Shown: positions 59,501-64,000 of the stretch, in pieces | Numbering within the stretch: the first letter of the stretch is position 1 | Layout of the letters: every line of letters begins with the position of its first letter | Source of the DNA: Escherichia phage ManiMatter_Bas94 | Sequence record: PQ850617.1 | Direction: 5' to 3' (one strand) | DNA length: 64,000 nt | Translations under genes and position numbers: made by a program | Notes under the pieces: generated by a model | What the model was told of the DNA's origin: nothing | Database searches by the model: none | Seen by the model: only the letters and a program-made list of their open reading frames with translations

Positions 59501-59541
59501 ATTAAGAATTCTCGTTAAAGCTGGTTTAAATCACATCAACC

Positions 59542-59793
59542 TCAAGCACAAGCAGGGAGAGTGATGATTTTATACTTGCCATCAAATTCTCCAAACAAAC
59601 CTAAGAATGTAGGACTATAAGTACCAGTACAAACAAACTCATCAAACAGTTCGTTATAGCTAGGCTTAATCTTCCAAGCCCATACATAACCCATCTTGTC
59701 AATTGCAATGTAACGAGTGTTTAGAGGAACAGTCATCATCACACCATCAACTTCGACCACTTTAGTGATTGGTGCAGCTTGGAAGTTTTTCAT
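59542..59793 (-). CDS. Hypothetical protein
   Basis: 83-aa ORF. Confidence 0.4.
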   Translation of the reverse strand: MKNFQAAPITKVVEVDGVMMTVPLNTRYIAIDKMGYVWAWKIKPSYNELFDEFVCTGTYSPTFLGLFGEFDGKYKIITLPACA

Positions 59794-59845
59794 ACTTTAC
59801 CTTTAATTAAAACAACAAAGGCCACCCAATCGGGCAGCCTTTCTT

Positions 59846-60055
59846 TTATTGACTCACACCACGAATCAAATGATTCTGTAGCATTTCATCTTCTGCATTA
59901 TAAAGGAATGCGAACATCAATTCCTTAGCCACATCTCTTGAGCAGTTAAGACACTTAGAGATTTGAGCTAGTTGCATATTACGTTCGGTGTGCTCCACTA
60001 AGGCAATGCGAATGATCTCTCGCATACCTATTACATGGGCTGTTTTAACCGGCAT
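59846..60055 (-). CDS. Small helical protein (possible regulator)
   Basis: Start at internal ATG 60055 overlapping stop of a 46-aa upstream ORF; track ORF 59846..60097 trimmed. Confidence 0.3.
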   Translation of the reverse strand: MPVKTAHVIGMREIIRIALVEHTERNMQLAQISKCLNCSRDVAKELMFAFLYNAEDEMLQNHLIRGVSQ

Positions 60056-60370
60056 AGGTCCAATTACCTTGCTTGTCACGGATAGTGGACATTGCATGAA
60101 CCCAGAAGCCTTCCAGTTTCAGAGCACCATTAGTTACTGCATCCATACGTTCAGGGCGGTTCATACGTTTGGTTGATACTTTCATACCTATCTCTCTTTG
60201 TTAGTGAAGGCATTATTGCCAGTTGATATAGCAGATAGCCCTATTAAAAAGGACTACCGACTATCTAAACTGGTGAAGACTCCCTACCCCTAGGAAGTCT
60301 CCTGAATCCCAAACCAATATGTACCCCTACATATCGGAAAGTCTACCGAAAATTAACAGGTTTTAGTCTA

Positions 60371-60485
60371 ACACCGGATGTTCGAGCAAGCTCTCCCTAG
60401 CGGTGTGGCATATGCCTGATTTAATAAGTTAATGAGGAACACCCTCACATAGCCCTCTGATAAGCACAAGGGCTATAAGTCGGTG
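60371..60485 (-). repeat. Intergenic cassette, copy B (related to 57476-57596)
   Basis: Same ordered sequence blocks and hairpin ATAGCCCT...AGGGCTAT as copy A, immediately 3' of gene 60486-60782. Confidence 0.5.
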
Positions 60486-60782
60486 TTACTTGTCGGCTTC
60501 AATCTCTTGATGCTTAGCTATAGCTACTCGCAAGTCCTCATTAGCACGAGTAAGGCGTAATACTTCATGGTTGAGATTCTGAAGACGCTTGTTTCTATCT
60601 TCAACTTGCGTAATAAGATCATTAAGAGTTGCTTTAACTTTCTCATTATACATCTCATCCACTCGGACTAGAGATTTGTACATTCTCTCCCAGCTTGCTG
60701 CTTTGTTCCTAAGGATAATAAATCCTATAACGCTGATAGTTAAACAGCTTACAAAAAGGAATTTATATATCTCTAAAGTCAT
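60486..60782 (-). CDS. Membrane-anchored coiled-coil protein
   Basis: 98 aa; N-terminal TM FLFVSCLTISVIGFIIL then heptad-rich helix. Confidence 0.4.
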   Translation of the reverse strand: MTLEIYKFLFVSCLTISVIGFIILRNKAASWERMYKSLVRVDEMYNEKVKATLNDLITQVEDRNKRLQNLNHEVLRLTRANEDLRVAIAKHQEIEADK

Positions 60783-60981
60783 ATTATTTACCCTTTATCA
60801 GAGATTAAAAGTAATATTATTTAAGTAAGTTATATTTAGTAAACTTATTTTCTAAGAAATTTTCAAAGGGTCTATATACAGAGCATTACCCATAGTCCCA
60901 GAACACTACCATCTTTTTCAATAAATTTACTAAGTGGTTGGTTTATAAAGGAATTTAGTTTGTCAAATCTGGCACTAGTGA

Positions 60982-61371
60982 TTATTCCCTAGAGCTATTA
61001 TCGAACACTAAATCACCACAATACATAGGATTGGCATACCATTTTGGCACCCCTTCGCTCTTACTCTGAAAGTAAGTCCCACTGTACAGCGGAACATAAT
61101 TCTTCTTAAGGGCACGTTTAGCAAGTCTCTCGCTTTCTCCAATGGCTTGCTTAGTCATCGGATTTTTATCACGAATCAGCTTTACATAACGTTTATAAGG
61201 TTTCTCCTGTTTTAATAGTACCGGAATCCACTCAAACTGGTTCTTTTGTCTTATCACCTGTTCAGCGGTCAGTTTTCGTTGGGCCATTCTATTTATCACG
61301 GTATCCGCAACCATAGCCTTACATGCGGTTGGCTGATTCCCTGCCTCATAATAAATAGTCAATGTCAACAT
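60982..61371 (-). CDS. Cell-wall hydrolase (SleB/CwlJ-like, putative)
   Basis: 129 aa; LTIYYEAGNQPTACKAMVADTVINRM resembles Hydrolase_2 N-terminal motif. Confidence 0.45.
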   Translation of the reverse strand: MLTLTIYYEAGNQPTACKAMVADTVINRMAQRKLTAEQVIRQKNQFEWIPVLLKQEKPYKRYVKLIRDKNPMTKQAIGESERLAKRALKKNYVPLYSGTYFQSKSEGVPKWYANPMYCGDLVFDNSSRE

Positions 61372-61625
61372 TAGCTGGGCCGTTGTTATCAGAACTTGCT
61401 ACCTCCTCTCAGGATAAAACACCTTTCATGTATGCCTTACTCGAAGCCCTCCTTGTGGCTTTTAGTATGGATTGCTTAGCCTTATTCTTAGCTTCTTCTG
61501 TCATTCCATCAAAAACACCGAGCTTAGTTAGCTCCTTACTAGGAGGCTTATAGGAAGGGTTTAAAGCATTAGATAAATTATGACCATAGGCATGACCACG
61601 GCACAATAAAGAAGAAAGATTAAGC

Positions 61626-61991
61626 CTATGGATTTACACATTGACCGTTACCGGATGCGATTTCATTCATTGACTCATCAAACAAGGTTAGGGATGAGCG
61701 CATCAAGTGATCGACCGTGATTTGTTTACCGGTAGTTTCATTTACCAGTTGAATAGTTTTATCATATGATTGCACATGATCGAAATCATTTACATGCAAA
61801 ATAATAACTTTAGGTGACTTTTTACCAGTCGAATAGTTTTCTATCAAATAGGTGCACTGTAAACCTTCCACCGTATCAGGGGAAAATGTTGCAGCCTTTA
61901 CACTACCCATAGCCGATAGGAGAACGCCCAGCAGTAGAACGACCAGAAAAAAACCTACAACCATTTTAATGATGAATTTAATAAACCACAT
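61626..61991 (-). CDS. Membrane/secreted protein
   Basis: 121 aa; N-terminal hydrophobic MVVGFFLVVLLLGVLLSAMGSVKA. Confidence 0.35.
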   Translation of the reverse strand: MWFIKFIIKMVVGFFLVVLLLGVLLSAMGSVKAATFSPDTVEGLQCTYLIENYSTGKKSPKVIILHVNDFDHVQSYDKTIQLVNETTGKQITVDHLMRSSLTLFDESMNEIASGNGQCVNP

Positions 61992-62093
61992 AACTATAAA
62001 CCTTTTAATCAGAGGATGTAAGAATAAAGCATATCAGCGACGAATAACGCCACTGTAACGACGAATAAGCAACGCCAGAAAAATCATTAAGCA

Positions 62094-62339
62094 TCATTTT
62101 AATCCGTGATTCAGTAGGTTCGCCAGTGATAGCCCACCGTCAAAATAAATTGAACGGAAGTCATCGCGGGTAATTTCAATCCCTACAGCAGATAACCAAT
62201 CTTTGGCCTTTTTAAAATCCATGACGCAGAAAGTAACGGTCGGGATTATTACATCACCAGCTTGCAAGCTAAACGCAATAAAAGTATCACACACAAAACA
62301 AGAAAAGCCGCTAGACAATTTAACTTCTTTGATAGCCAT
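62094..62339 (-). CDS. Hypothetical protein
   Basis: 81-aa ORF. Confidence 0.3.
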   Translation of the reverse strand: MAIKEVKLSSGFSCFVCDTFIAFSLQAGDVIIPTVTFCVMDFKKAKDWLSAVGIEITRDDFRSIYFDGGLSLANLLNHGLK

Positions 62340-62353
62340 AATTCTAACCCTTA

Positions 62354-62842
62354 TTATTTAGCACTGATGCAATTAGCTAGGTTGATGTGTACGGTATAAA
62401 CCGCATTATTCTCACTATTGTAAACCGTGGTGGCAAGCATTGATTCGTTTATCGGGCCATAACTGACTAGATTTGTAACAGCTTTCGCATGTTTGTAACG
62501 TTGTACAGTGCCAAATGTAACTAGTTCGGGATCGTTATCAGTGCGCTTTAATAGCAAATCATCATTGCCCTGATTATCTAGTGTTTTGGTACTAACGACC
62601 AGACCATCACGGGAAACGTTACTAAATTTAACCTTTAAGACGATTTGATTGGTGTCACTATCCGCACCGTTACAGATTAACCATTTGTTAGGTGCATCCT
62701 TCACGAACAAACTAGCGGCATTATTAGCAGAAGCAGAACTAGCGATAGCGTTGTCAGAAAAAGAAGTTACCAGTGCACTGACACCGATGGCTGTAACCAG
62801 TGCATAACTTGCCAGATTAATAGTCTGCATTACTTTCGCCAT
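62354..62842 (-). CDS. Secreted protein with signal peptide
   Basis: 162 aa; signal MAKVMQTINLASYALVTAIGVSALVTSFSDNAIA, two Cys in mature part. Confidence 0.45.
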   Translation of the reverse strand: MAKVMQTINLASYALVTAIGVSALVTSFSDNAIASSASANNAASLFVKDAPNKWLICNGADSDTNQIVLKVKFSNVSRDGLVVSTKTLDNQGNDDLLLKRTDNDPELVTFGTVQRYKHAKAVTNLVSYGPINESMLATTVYNSENNAVYTVHINLANCISAK

Positions 62843-63103
62843 TTTTGCTACCCCTTAGATAGAATCAATTAACTATTGCCACTTCTATAATACAAAGACG
62901 GTATTCAAGGTTACTACTCATACTTATACCTCCTGTTTTACGGGCATAAAAAAGCCCCAGCCGTAGCCGGGGCAAACCTGAAAGCAACGCATGACCGTTG
63001 CTATAAATACACTCGCAAATGCACTTACAGCAACGCAAAAAGCCGCTCAAAGGCGGCTATGTGGAAGCTTCAAATGGGGAGAGGGCACGACGCGGCAGAA
63101 AGA

Positions 63104-63121
63104 GCGTCATAGTACTAAAAG
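63104..63121. repeat. 18-bp motif GCGTCATAGTACTAAAAG (copy 2 of 2)
   Basis: Identical to 57903-57920; followed on - strand by hairpin AGCCGCC-TTTGAG-CGGCT + TTTTTGCG. Confidence 0.5.
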
Positions 63122-63138
63122 AGGGGGCTGCATTCCTA

Positions 63139-63582
63139 CTACTTAACCCTTGCTTCTTTGATGGGGTCAATATATTTTTCAACTCCCCACTTATGTTTGC
63201 TGTCTGCGTAGAATACATCAGGTGCGCATTGGCTTGTTTTAGGGAAGGCTTGCGGATCTTTGGTGCTCCCTTTAAACTTCTGTTTACCACGGGTGCGACC
63301 ATTACAGAAGATTTCTAGTTTCTTCTCCTCTTCTGTTTTAGCTCCCCCGCTCTTTAATAGTGAACGTTTATGATCAGCTAACAGCAACGCATCAGCACGA
63401 TGGGTACGATGGCCTACACGCTTGGGCACACTAGAAGGAATATGAGATTCAGCCTCAGCCCTTGCAGCACGACGCTTTAAACTACGCTTGCTAACATGAT
63501 TAGTTGCCTTTGGTTTCTCTTTCTCCAATTCAGAAATAGAAAAACAACGCCCGCCCTTCATGCTGATTTTAGATTTAGCCAC
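63139..63582 (-). CDS. Basic hypothetical protein
   Basis: 147-aa Lys/Arg-rich ORF. Confidence 0.35.
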   Translation of the reverse strand: MAKSKISMKGGRCFSISELEKEKPKATNHVSKRSLKRRAARAEAESHIPSSVPKRVGHRTHRADALLLADHKRSLLKSGGAKTEEEKKLEIFCNGRTRGKQKFKGSTKDPQAFPKTSQCAPDVFYADSKHKWGVEKYIDPIKEARVK

Positions 63583-63651
63583 TATCTTATTCCTTTCAGT
63601 GATAAGTTATATCGGGCAAGCCCATCAAGGCGATAGGCTTGAACAAATAAC

Positions 63652-63861
63652 TCAACCAAGTAAACCAAATGATTTCCAACTACGCAGTAAGATCGTACCA
63701 TCATCCATAGTTACGCATAATTTTAGTAGTCGCTTACTGGTACTGCTCACCGTTGTGATTCGTCCGGTTGTACATTTACCTTTATTGCTATAAAGATATA
63801 TAACACGATGGCCTAACAAACGAGATGGCGCTTTCTTAAATTCTGAAATGTTAGTGATCAT
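63652..63861 (-). CDS. Hypothetical protein
   Basis: 69-aa ORF. Confidence 0.3.
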   Translation of the reverse strand: MITNISEFKKAPSRLLGHRVIYLYSNKGKCTTGRITTVSSTSKRLLKLCVTMDDGTILLRSWKSFGLLG

Positions 63862-64000
63862 TATCCATATACCTTAACATGATTGATTCGACGTGAATGA
63901 TGATAAGAAGACTCAACAGCCATTGCCTTTAATTCTTCTTTTCGTTGGTTAGTGTGTACAATATCCCAATGATTATGATCGTGTTGGCGCTGTAATATCT

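Noticed and set aside
63019-63318. 99-aa + strand ORF
   Set aside because: Antisense to - strand gene 63139-63582 and spans terminator hairpins and the 18-bp motif; unlikely to be coding.

Overview
The window reads as most of a lytic, podovirus-like phage genome with two convergent transcription blocks that meet at a strong terminator near 28.1 kb. Positions 1-28094 (+ strand) carry the late module: large terminase, portal, scaffold, major capsid protein with an Ig-like extension, several tail-fibre proteins, endolysin, an SLT transglycosylase and large internal virion proteins. Positions 28.3-64 kb (- strand) carry early and middle genes: a T7-like replication set (gp4-like primase-helicase, a family A polymerase split into a separate exonuclease gene plus an intron-interrupted polymerase gene, gp6-like 5'-3' exonuclease, gp2.5-like SSB), nucleotide-metabolism genes (ThyX-like, thioredoxin, dCTP-deaminase family, PhoH, HAD phosphatase), a phage sigma factor, three HNH endonucleases, and a cluster of amidoligase, ATP-grasp, class II glutamine amidotransferase and AIG2/GGCT-like genes. 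The sigma factor, the TAATGTATA promoter motif and this cluster suggest a phiEco32-like (Kuravirus-type) phage; that assignment is inference from memory, not a database match. The most notable items are the uncharacterised amidoligase/ATP-grasp/GATase cluster, a GATase gene with no AUG start, the three-way split polymerase, a predicted -1 frameshift fusing capsid to the Ig-like domain, and an atypical tRNA-like element. No integrase, att site or CRISPR array was seen. All calls rest on motif recognition and gene context by eye; no searches were run.
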